Below the pieces are notes generated by a model that made no database searches, was not told where the DNA came from, and saw nothing but the letters and a program-made list of their open reading frames with translations. Source: Perkinsus olseni (lineage: Eukaryota). From it: a stretch of DNA of 63,091 bases. Position numbers and translations under genes: made by a program. Where the stretch lies: positions 1-63,091 of the forward strand of contig JABANN010000138.1 of NCBI GenBank assembly GCA_013115125.1, written 5' to 3'. This document shows, in pieces, positions 24,823 through 37,615 of this stretch; positions within the stretch are counted from its first letter, which is position 1; the number at the start of each line of letters is the position of its first letter.

Positions 24823-26433
24823 ATGGCACGGAAGAAGTCGGAAGAAGACTACGAGATGGAAGAGCCGACGCCGTCGTCGTCGTTGAAGGAGGTGCGAGAA
24901 TCGGATGACGAAGAGGAGGACGTAGTATTGTGACTGGACCTTTGGAGCTTCTTTCCTGGGATCAAGTTGCCTGCGGAAACCCTATATTCTGAATTAGGAG
25001 GAGATGTCGGACGCCTCCTCCGAGACCACGGAGGTTGACGAGGGAGTAGAAGCAGTTTGGCAAGCTGTTGGCGAGGCCTTAAGGTCCCTTGGTACAGGTA
25101 GTCACAATATGGTCTGCCGTGAGTATGTCAAGTGCACGGTCCTTGCAGGTTCTGACCAGTTGCCTGGCTATGGGCGTCGGTTCCCCGGCTGCACCGCGAA
25201 GCCCTTGGGCCAGCTGTTCAGCTTCCCTAACTTGAAAAAAGTGAGAGCCACGCCTTTCGCTGCGTGTCGATTTACTGGAGTCAGGCTGAAGGCTCGCTGT
25301 CAGCAAAGGAGCAAGAGGAGTTCTGCCGTCGCCATGCTCAAGTGACAGAGCACTTGCTGAGTATGTTGGTCAATGCGACCCGAGCTCAGGAGAAGGCTTT
25401 AGCCCAGCTCAAGGGTGCACAGAAGTAGTAGGGCGGCAGAGTGGAGATATGCAAGGGCCTTACAGGTCATGCTATAAATGAAAATTATTGTATACATTAT
25501 ATATACTTCATAAGTGAAGACTATAGTGAAAAATGGCCAAGTATTCCTTATAGTAAATTAAGCGGCCTTCGATGATCTGCCCTAGTATATTCCTAGACTG
25601 TGATAGGTAATGATTATCTATCCTCTTCATCCATAATATCTGATAATCATTAGGATATCCTCAGGGTCTATTTCTATGAAGTACGAATATTCAGATTGAT
25701 GATAAATACTAATACGGCAGTAGAAAGGTGCAGATAATACGGGTAGACAATGAGCGTCTACTCGCAGTATTGAAAGTACCTATAACGGCTATTTATCGTC
25801 CATTTACTCGGCCTCAGTAGCGCATCATAGTTCAAATCGTACGCTGCCTCACTCTTGTAGATACGAGCCAAGTGGCGAGGACGTCGGGGGTAGTGGAGAA
25901 GAGTGGCGAGAGCTGCCTTTGGGTCGCATAGTGAAGTCCCTGCAGCGTCGCGTCTTCTGGGGAGTTAAACAAAGCGGCCAGTCGGTAAGTTGGACAATGT
26001 GTTCAATCGCTCCTTCAGGATATCATGGTGTGCGTTCTGATGCTGGTCAGGTCTCAGAACTCAGTGATTTACGGCGCCCGGGTGGCACAGGCAGCTCTAG
26101 GAAGTTCCTAGACTGGTATTTAGACGCCCTTCTGGACAGCTGTGGCCCGCAGGAGTCGTCGGAGAAGGACATCGGCGATGACGTCGAGGCGTTGAGGGAG
26201 AGGGAAGGAGCAGCATGGGGGCCACAAGAGGTAGTAACGAGGGGTTACGAGGAAGCTATGCAAAGAACTTGATTGTGCCAGTTACGGACGCTACGCAGGT
26301 GCCTGACGCAGGGAGTAGACCATATGCCGACCGAGGAGAGAGCTCTTGTGGAGGTGAGCATGTGCGGGTGGGGGTAGTGAGGACGGTTGTTATTCAGGAA
26401 GTCCTCACTAAAGCTGGTGAGCTTCGTGGGTGA
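24823..26433 (+). CDS. Hypothetical protein with acidic N-terminus; includes a ~437-nt AT-rich intron (~25424-25860)
   Basis: Chain of GT-AG-bounded exons from MARKKSEEDYEMEE to EVLTKAGELRG*. No family recognised. Confidence 0.5.
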
Positions 26434-27109
26434 ACTCAGTAGCAAGGGAAAGGACGCCGTCTCTTACCAGTAACGTATCTTCTTCGTCCTGTTCGCTTGT
26501 GTTGGCGGCCGGTCGGGACTCGCTGGTACTTTCCATCCAGGGTTTTGCTTTTCGGTTTTATGCACTCTGGGAAGGATGCACTACAACTTGCCCCCCGAAT
26601 CGATCTCAATGGTTTTGAGGGGCGCGAAGTTCTGATTCCGAGCATATCAGCATTTCCCTTAATTTCCCCGTTCTCTCGCTTGCATGGATACCTCCTTCTT
26701 CACCGCAGTAGACAGTATTATTGGTCAGTTGTTGACTAGTAGTCGTGTATTGGAGGTAGCAGTAGTAGTACTTAGCGGTAATATCATATTGCCGCTAAGC
26801 CTACTGCTACCTGCATATTGCCAATATGGTCATTCAAGCCTCAGAAGGGGCTGGGGTTGACTGAGTGGTTGATTTCCGCCGTCCTGTATCTCACATTCCG
26901 AGCCTTGCGATTAGTCGCAAGCTTCGAAAGGAGTGGTATGAGCCCCACGAGGAGATGTTTTCAACTGCACGAGTTGTTTCTCTCGCGGCATCTCTGCAAG
27001 ATGTATGTGTGTTGTGGTACTGGCTCTTCGATCTGACCAAAGTCCGCTCACGTTCACTGCGCTTATAACCTCTTTCACCTCTCGAGGATACTCAGAGCTG
27101 CCCCTCCTG

Positions 27110-28077
27110 ATGTCCACCCTTCTGGCTACTTGTTTCGTGCTGCTGCCCTACATCGCCACGGCTCTTCAAAGCGGCTACGGCGATGTTGTCGATGCATCCC
27201 CGCATGATCCTGCTGCTGCTGCTGCTGGGGGGCAAGCTCCAGTGACATCAGCGCAATACAGAAGCTTGGTCAAGCGCCTTGAGCGCGTTGAAGACGCCGT
27301 TGGAGCGCTGTCGGTGAGTTGGGAACCTAACAGCTTTTATGGGAGGATAATTTCGCCACTGGAGATGCTGCAGTTGGTGGCGTATCTGGCTCGTCGCTGG
27401 AGTCTCCCCATTCGGGGTCTTACCCACGCTCATCTGCATGACAGGTTCCTGGCGTGGTGACACCGGACACCTCAGGTTGCAGGCTGGAGTGGGATCGGAA
27501 AAAATTTGTTGTAGTATTCGAAGCTGACCCCGAGAGCGCCGGAAGGGTGATCAAGCGTACCAGGTTTGAGGATCCGAATAAGATACGCTACCATCATTAT
27601 ATCGGGTAGGTCGTGATGATGATGATGAAATAGGAATGTCACTCGAGCCTGATTCAGCTGTGTGGATTCTCGAGGTTGTTCACCTCTAGTTCTAAGTCTA
27701 AGGTCTATGACGTTCATCCAGGGTATAGGTGGGTCCTTTTCAGGGTGGATGGCCGCGTATTCTCGATTTTGACGGCTAAAGGCGGAGACAGAGCAGACTT
27801 CGAAACCGAGGCTGAGATCGAAGCGGCATACCAGCATTTTTCGAGCTTGATGCCCCTGGCTCACCTGGAGGAAGATACTCTTGAAAGACTGAAGACTATG
27901 TTGCCTGACAATAAGAACGAAGGGAGGTGCAGGAGGATATTCGCCCTCTTGGCGGCCAACCCTCCGTCGGGCTACGATCCAGAGATCGATTGGGTCGCTG
28001 GATGGCACGCCAACGTAGTGCCGAAGGCGGACACTCAAAGAGAGTTCGCTGCCACTTGGAATGAGGCTCATCCGTAG
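27110..28077 (+). CDS. Predicted secreted lineage-specific protein, paralog A (3 exons)
   Basis: Signal-peptide-like MSTLLATCFVLLPYIATA; exons clearly homologous to 32439-33053. Confidence 0.7.
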
Positions 28078-28638
28078 GATTCAGAATACGTGCGAGGGTG
28101 GTATTTATCATGATTTATGATGATTATTTTATTACTTATTTCTATTCCACCATCATGCGATCAACATGATCAGTGTGTGTGATGTTCTGTGTAACATGCT
28201 TACCTCGAGTTATTACCAGTGACACAGAGGGGGCGTGGTTCTCCATCGACTCTAGGAGAAGGGAACTCGGACTGACGAGGAGTAAGGGGTGGAGGAGATT
28301 GGGCGGCGCAGAGAAGTGAAGACAACGGAGCCCTGAGTGCCGTATGCGGACTCTACGGGGATGCCCAACTCGGCTGTAGACTGCCTAACCCCAATAGAGA
28401 ACTCCGGGGTGAGGGCCCGAGTGTGAACGCATGGCACAGTGAGGCTTCCAGAGGTTGTGGACCTCTGTGAGCAGCTCAGGGCCCTGGAGTGGCGTAGTCC
28501 CCCGCCAAGAAGGAATCTTTTTCTCTTTGCGGTGTTATGTTGTCGTGGCTGGGGGATGGAGGGCTTCGCTGGCTTCACTTGTTCCTCGGAGTGGATGAGT
28601 TCAGCTGTTTCCAGTTTAGTTTTGTTTTTCACCCGCCG

Positions 28639-31600
28639 ATGAGGTCCGCTACCAGTGGGAGCCGTTCCGGGGCGGAGGGCGGAGCCGCGGAGTGGGCACC
28701 GAGACTGCGTTGGAAGCCCACTAAATCAAGTGATGGGAATGGAGTGGTAGTACGGCCCAGTCATCATCAAGGAGGCTCCTCCTCCCGCGAGGGTGTCGGT
28801 TCCGGCGGGGGCAGCGCAGAGGATAGGAAGCAGAACGCTCCTGCCGACGATCGCGGAAGAGCGGCGAGAGGGGGCCCCACTGAGAGGTATAACTCGAAGG
28901 AGCGTCGCAATAGGTCGAGGGGTAAGAGGGTCTCTCTCACACCGGTTGGACGGCGGAGCGACGCGGGCGTGTGGAAGCCGAAGCATCCTACTGGCCCAGG
29001 GGGTAATGGACCGGAGCGGCGAGGCTGGAATGCTTCTCCTGGCTCGGGTGAATGGAGCTTCGAGAGCACCACCGCGGAGCACAGCTGTAGCTCTGGTGAG
29101 AGGAAGGGGACGAGGAAGCCGAGCAACAAGGTTGTCCTGCTGCCGAAGCCCTCGGTTGTACCGCGCGGCAGTGGTCAGCATCCTGCTGGGGTTACTAGGA
29201 GTACAGAGAGGTCCTTGGAGAAGAACCAAGGTCGCAGCTTTTGGGGAGCAGCGGCTGGGGCATCACCGAGCATTGAGCCGGCCTTACCTCGTGGGAGCTC
29301 GTGGACTAGAGGAGTCTCGCATCAATCCTCGAGCGATGAGTGGAGAGGAGACTCCCAGAGACAGCAGCACACTGCTTGGGATAACGGTTGGAGGCAGGAC
29401 AACAGCAACCGTCAATACAACAGAAGCCACGGCGAAGGTAGGCCTGGAAGGGACCTAGGTCGGACTAACTGTTCTCGTCGTAGGGGGAGTCGGCAAGGAG
29501 AGCCAAACCACCGGAGCGGCCACGGAGTGGTCCTCCTCCTGGACGTCGGGCAAGTGGGAGCAGGCCTCTACGGAGATCTACCTGGGCCCGAAGTGGGGAG
29601 AAGAATCCTCTACTGTGCGCACCATCTTCTACGACCACAACGTCCCTCCACCGGGCGTTCCCAAGAATGCTGAGTTCTTCCACGACCCACCAGGGACGTA
29701 CGCTGTGTTGGACAGCGGAGATGGGAGGATCTCCAAAGCTTGGCATAGTTACGGTGATAGAGGTAAGCATCTGGGGCGACTAGAAGCTTTTTCGTTTCAA
29801 TGAGATTACGTCTTTGTCGCAGCGTTCGACTGATGGGCGGGAATGCTCACAGGTGTTGTTGTCGATTGCGTGTGCCGTTCAGGTCGTCTTCCTGCATCCC
29901 AAGTGGATGTTGTGGTATTCCACGCCTCCTGTAACGATGGTATGGGTGCGGCCTACGCTGTCTACCAGGGCCTCCTCAACGACAGGCACAAGCGTGTCCG
30001 CCGCTCCGCTTCGAGAGGGACTTCCGACGACGCCGCGTCTTGGTACGAGAAAGGGCAACGGCACGCTCCAACGGCGCCTGTGCGGGACGATCACATCCCG
30101 AAGTTCTTTGGTGAAGTTCACAGTCAGACCGATATCGAGTACGCCTACGAGGGAAAGAATGTCGTCTTGCTTGACTTTGTCTACACCAACAGAGCCATCC
30201 TGGAGGAACTCGGGAAGCACTGCAAACGATGCATGATACTGGATCACCATCAGTCGACGGCAACTCAGTGGATGACGGCCCCTGTGTCTGGCGTGGAGTA
30301 TATCATAAATCAGCGGCAGAGCGCTTGCACTCTCGCGTGGGACTACTTTATGGGTCGTAACGCTCGAGTGCCGCTGCTCTTGCGGTACATCGAGGACTGC
30401 GACATCGCCCGCTTCACCTACTACAACTCTAGCTACTTCCAGACGGGCTTCCGATGCAAACGAGCCGACTATGAGCCGCCAATCTTCACTCCAGGGCTGG
30501 TAGATGAGCAATGCCTCCGGGCCTTCGCTGACTGCGTTGACCGCGGCGACGAGTTCCTCAATGAGTGCATCGAGGCGGGCAGCTCGGGAGACGTCGACGA
30601 GCTGTACTATGATGTCCGGCAGCATGTGTGGCGCTCCAGACTGCGCCGGTTGAAACTCTTCCCTCACCTCCGTGCTCGGGTGGTGAACTGCTCTAGTCAA
30701 GCATTGAAAGGCCGCGTTATGGGAGAGATGTTGGAGTACCGGGGCCGGGGATCGAACCGACGGCCTGATGGCGTGGAAGCTCTGGAGGAAGGAGATGAGG
30801 AGGAGCTAGAGCCCAAGGCAGATTTGGCTGTTATTTATTTCTTCGATGACACAACGAGACGCTATCGGGTTTCTCTCAGCACAGACCGCGAGGACGTCGA
30901 TGTTGCCGAAGTAAGCCTCAGTTCGTGTGATAGCGCGGCGGCCTCACTCGGTAATCATCACTGTGGAGATTAACGTCTGGCCACAGAAAAACAGGAAAAA
31001 TTTCTGAGACCAGTTTCTTTCGGCGAGAAGTGTGTTCTGCCCTTTGAAGCTCACACCATTCGAGAGGTCTGCGAATTTGCTATTTAGTGAGTCCGGTCTC
31101 GGTCCTATCTTCCCACCTAAAATGATGTCCATCAGCTCTGGATGATTTTTTGGACCGCACTACTGCTTTTTCTCAGATATGCACAGCCTACGGTGGCGGC
31201 GGCCATCAGTACGTAGGCGGTTTCTATTTCACCTGCCATCGGCCTGGCTCCAAGAGGAGTCCGCCGCCCAGCGACGACCCAAGTTGTGGTTACACCGTTG
31301 ACGAGATCTTCGAACCGTTGGACCTCGACATGGATGAGGAAGCCTCGGAGGCAGCAGCGGACTCTCCTTGTGCTGCGGAGCACTGGAACCTTGAGGCCAC
31401 TGGTCGGGCGTCGATGTCCCTCCACATGGCACTCAGAGCTGGTGACGTAGCCCTTATTGATGGTGACACTGTGCAGGTTTTGGACTGCTACGTCTCGGAA
31501 TGGGCTCGTCCGTTAGCCAGGGACGGCCGGAGGCCCTGGGCTCTTCGACCAGTTGAAGTCGAACTCTTCTCGCTAGCTATCAAGTGTTGGGATTCTCATC

Positions 31601-31764
31601 TTCTCCAGAAGAAGTTCGCGGCGTTCGGGCCGATTGTGGAGCCCGTCCGGAAGGAGATTGCCGGCATGACCGCGGCGGCATCGACCTCGTCAGCCTGCTC
31701 GCCGCCCCCACCGAAACGTGAACCTCCCCGAATTAAGAGACTGGATTCCTTCTCTGAATGTTAA
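28639..31764 (+). CDS. DHH/DHHA1-family phosphoesterase with a long disordered R/G/S-rich N-terminus
   Basis: VVFHASCNDGMGAA, VVLLDFVY, MILDHH, SACTLAWDYF, LLRYIEDCD, VSLST..DVAE/ICTAYGGGGH. These are the DHH motifs plus the DHHA1 GGGH motif. Confidence 0.88.
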
Positions 31765-32021
31765 CACGATGCTGCTATTTGTTATTGCTGTGAATCTATA
31801 TGTTCTATGATTGTCTGCTGTATAATTTCTTGAGGCCCCACTCGCAACCGCAGCACTTACTTGACTTGTCGCGTTGTTCAGTGGTGTAGGAGAATGATCT
31901 TCGGTACAGTGTTGCCAGCTTTGGGTGAAGTCGGTCTTGTGAGGCGAAGGTAAGAAAGGTGAGGAGGGAAATCTCGCCGCGTCGGGCGAAAATACAAGGA
32001 AGCCCACAGGGTTCATATTCC

Positions 32022-33053
32022 ATGTCCTCCGACTTTACAGCGGCTCCACCTGTATTACAAAGCTGGTATGGTGCCCCTTTTTCCGACTGGGAGAAGAGGG
32101 GGGTATCGCCACTGTGGTGGTTACAAGCGGTTCAGGAGATGGATCTGCTGAGCCGCTAGGAGTTGAGCATCTCATCGAAGCGCCGGGATTGGATCGGCTC
32201 AGTTAGACTGGTACCACATCAGTAGGAGCAATGGTAGAATTCCTGCGCTCGTGGCTATAGCGGGTGGGGTAGTAGTACCTCAACCTTCATCGTCTACCAC
32301 GTCTCACTCCGGCATCCTATACTCTCGCGATTCTTATAAAATCTTCCCTCTTTTCTTTTCCTATTCTTAATGTACAGAGAGTATTGGATGCTGCAAGCTG
32401 ATCCTGTGTCTCTTGCATTGGTGCTGCCCGTCTTGCAGGTCCCCGGTGACGTAACTAATGGCCCAGGTGGCAGGAGTTGCAGGATTAAGTGGAGAAAGAA
32501 GGAATTGCCTGTTTTCTTCTCACGTGACACCGAGAACGTTGAAAGGCTCATCGACTTAACCCGATTCCGGAACGAAGGCCGCAATTACAGGACGCTTCTT
32601 CATTTTATTGGGTAGGATGTCGTGCTGTGATGATGCTTCTCCTGAGGAGTTTCCAGCTGACCGATCTATTCAAGTTGAGATTGGTGTGTGCATATTCGTT
32701 TCAGGTCTCAAAAGGGGATATTCACTATTCACTCTGAACTTGGTAGTACAAAGATCAGGCTTAGGGACGTTACCGAAGTAGAGGAGGCGTACGAGCACTT
32801 CTCTTCCATTATGCCATTCTCTCACCTGAAGAAGGAAGATCTTGAGGAGCTGAAGGCCCTATTGCCTGATAAGGAGAAGACTGAAGGGTGCAGGGAGGTG
32901 TTCGCCTTCTTGGCGGCCCACCCGCCACCGGAGTTCGACCAGGGCATGGATTGGGTGGCTGAGTTCCACCACAAGGCTTTACCCGTGACGAAACTGACTA
33001 ACGTTAAGAGGCTCGTGGATGAGTGGAAGGCGGCTCATGCGTCTCATGAGTAG
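32022..33053 (+). CDS. Lineage-specific protein, paralog B (5' exon uncertain, possibly degenerate)
   Basis: EVEEAYEHFSSIMPFSHL...CREVFAFLAAHPP...DWVAEFH aligns with paralog A EIEAAYQHFSSLMPLAHL...CRRIFALLAANPP...DWVAGWH. Same intron position after H(Y/F)IG. Confidence 0.65.
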
Positions 33054-34062
33054 ACTGATCAAGCCTTATGTGTATTTCGAGTGTGCTGTTCATATTTATC
33101 AAACATTACTTCCATGTGTGTGATGCCTCCCTGTGTGCGCTGTGTGTGATGAGGGAGCCTAGAGTTCTGAGTAGCGGCTAATTATTAGTTATTTGCCCCT
33201 GGTCGTCTTCGCCTTGAATTAGAAAGGCTCACCGAGTTACGTGCCCGTGCCGCTCTGTAGAAGGGTGCGCTTTGGCATGCGATCCCAGTCCAACTTGCCA
33301 ATACTCACGCTTGCCTCACGAGTACTCCCGGCCCAGGAACCTGTTAGGCTGCAGAACCCTGCATGTGCAGCACCGAAACTGAAGTGCTCCGGTAAATGCA
33401 GTACCCCAGACCAGACCGCAGTACCTGAAATGCAGTACCTAGAAAAACAGGGCCTTCGAGTTGTAAGAGAAAATCCCCCTTTTGGGGACCTATTAGCTTC
33501 TGGTCTTTGAACCGTGATTCGAGTGGTTGTACAAGTTCCGCTGTGCAGCCTTACCCATAGCGTCGAGAATGCCGCAAAGACCGTGGGCACTATTTACAAG
33601 ATGAGGTGGATGGTTCCTCGGTTGGCATGTTCCTATTCGTTAATAGTTTGTCTTTTATGTGCTAGTGGATCCTTGAGTTACTAATTGCGTCGGGGAGACA
33701 TAAGGATAGTGACGACGTGTATGATACGTACGCTCGTGTTCGCCAGATTCAAAAGACGTAGTCACACGTGATATTGATCATCGCGAATTCAAGAAAGTAC
33801 CGGCTGGTTGCAGCCCATTCGTCTTGTCTGGGTGTGGCTTAGATCCTCATCCGTCAGCACCCCGCTCGCAAGCCTGGTTTTCTGAATATCACTATCATGT
33901 GTAACTCGTGCTCTCGCTGCCGTGCTCTCAGCTCGAGAGGCCTCGCTTCACGCCGTTGAGAGCGCTTCTCTTGAGTTATATTGTGGTTAGCGAGAGTGGC
34001 TCTTGTCCTTTTTATTAAAAGGCTCGGTCTCCATAACAGTTTGTGTCCTCTTCTCAACGCAA

Positions 34063-35122
34063 ATGCCCTCGGGTCCCACGGTGGAGCCGCTTGTATTGCG
34101 ACTCCGGAAACGGGGCCGAAATTCGTCGCTGGTGCCCAGTGGAGAGGAGTCCTTCCCCTCCGGATTAGGTAAGGACGAGAGGGGATGACTTCCTCACTCC
34201 CTTACAGTCAGCCGTTCCTTTGTAGTTGTACACGAAAACGACGAGGTCGTCGGTGAGCCGACACGTAAGCGCACTCGGGTTTTCAGAAAGGTAAGAGAGA
34301 CTGAGGTCAACACAATGGATTGGTCGTGTCGTTGGTCACATGCGCCAGTCGGCCTTCTCCAGCAGGCGTTCGGTGTAGGTTACAGAAGAGCCAGCCTCTC
34401 TGCCGACCGTTCGATGTTCGGGTGTCCTCGATGTTCATCTTGAGGAACCAGCCAACATCAGACGACCGGCGAAGCGACGAATGTATCGACACCGTACTCG
34501 AACCGCCATCGGAGTCGAGTGAATTTCAGTTCCGATGTAAGCACGAGCTCCTTTGACCATGAAGAAGAGGAGGAGGATGATGACGTAGCTTGCTACTATA
34601 TCGAGGAAGCTCCGAGTTATTCTGGTCCCGAAATGGCCGACGCTGTGGACCTCAGTGAATGGTGGGCGAAAATCGTCGCCAGCCAGGACGGCTCTGTAGG
34701 GGTAGGCCCCTGAAGCGCTGCGCTTCGTGTAACGTCTTTGTTTCAGAGGCTAGCTGCCGAGGGGACGTCAGTAAAGTTGAGCTCAGAGTTGCTACTGGGC
34801 CGACGGGCCATCAATCTGAGCGCCTCTGATGGAGCAGAGCCACGGGAGCAGAATATACTCGACCTGTCTCCAGTTCTCAAGGCACCAACTGTTGGCTATG
34901 TAGGCTCGATTCTCCTCGGATGGACGAGCAAGCAGTCCTCATCAGGTTCCGGCTAGTGAAGTCGAAGGTTTCGAGGGAATCGGCGAGGCGTAGTTTCCAG
35001 GGGTCGTTGACACCGTCGATGTGTCAAGTGTCAGGTTCCGAGCGTACAGTTCTCACGTTACATATCAGACAGAGGAGGAGGACGACGACTGGACCGAGAT
35101 AGAACGGAAGTATTTGAGTTGA
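34063..35122 (+). CDS. Hypothetical protein (multi-exon, acidic patches)
   Basis: GT-AG exon chain from MPSGPTVEPL to ...EEEDDDWTEIERKYLS*. No family recognised. Confidence 0.4.
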
Positions 35123-35408
35123 AGTCTGATCACTACTGTCATCATAACGTACAAAAGTTTCTCACTTCGCCGAATCATGTGTTATTATATTTTCCGCCTT
35201 CATTACCGGGGAAAGAAATTTGTAGGACAGAAGCTTAGCGTGAAAATTTTCTTCCACATATTCCAACTGCGTTCTACACAACTCAACAACCCTCATGGAA
35301 ATCCAAAAATTCCGAGAGGTGTCGATGTTAGTAACGACACGGAGAAGAGTACGCAGACGATACCGAATAAATGGGGCCAAAACAGCATCGAGCACTTACC
35401 AACAGTTT

Positions 35409-36695
<1,287 letters not shown>

Positions 36696-36862
36696 GGATA
36701 CCGGAGTAAGTTGCTGAGGAGAAACTCAAGTAATCGCCATGCGGATAAGCGGCTCTTGTTTAGTTATGCGGATTGGCACAACGTGGGTAACCAGATGAAC
36801 GATGTGGATTTGCCCCACGCTGTATCACCATCTAGCAATGCGCCGATCCTGTGTTGTTCCTC

Positions 36863-37125
36863 GGGTGAAGTACAAAATCCAAGGGAAAGGTACAAAATCC
36901 AAGGAAGTGCGTGCGACAGGGGGCAAAAGCAACAGAAAAAAACCCTGGATTGCGGGTGAAGGCGGGAACGGGAAACCAGAAACCCCTCCCGAAACCCGAC
37001 AGGGCAACCCGATCCCGGAACTGTTACCCAGGTCAACCAGAAACCCGAACTACTGCCCAGGTGATGCAGACCCCTGGACGCTTCCTTGGATTTTGTTCTT
37101 CTCCCTTGGATTTTGGGAATTACCC
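36863..37125. mobile_element. 263-bp non-autonomous DNA transposon (MITE), Mutator-like
   Basis: Imperfect ~45-bp terminal inverted repeats GGGT...CAAAATCCAAGGGA...ACAAAATCCAAGGAAG, each with two CAAAATCCAAGG sub-repeats. Flanked by the perfect direct repeat GTTGTTCCTC (36853-36862 and 37126-37135). Confidence 0.88.
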
Positions 37126-37615
37126 GTTGTTCCTCACGGGCCGTACGCACCAACATGGATCTTGCGAAAATCCGGGCGCGCGCGAGTTTCGAATTTCTAC
37201 TCGAAAGCCGACTCAGGTTCGATCCCCGCATCTCTCCATCGCGGAGTGGCTCCTCTATCTGCGAATTCTATTGACCCATCTTCCGAAGTTCTGCCAGACG
37301 GGTGTTTGCGTAGTCAGCATCCAGCTTGGAGTGAACATAACTGCAGCGCCGAGGGTCATTTGAGAAGATATGTCGGGCACGTTGTGTGGAGACGAAGGAT
37401 AGTGGGCGTTGTGATCGGTACAGTGGGCGAGGGACGGACGAGTCATGGGTGGCAGTGGTCGACTAGATGGGCCTGCTGCTGCGCGTGCTCTAATTACCTC
37501 TATAATGAGCACTCTGTTGTCGGCCGTGGTAGAACGGGAATGGTACGTAGAAACCGGGTTGTCTGGCTGCCCTTGATGATGCCTGCATGCATGAAGTAGT
37601 TTGTATCTCCCTTGC

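Noticed and set aside
36802-37599. 265-aa plus-strand ORF as a possible transposase
   Set aside because: It runs through the MITE and its flanks with no DDE or other domain motif; probably spurious.
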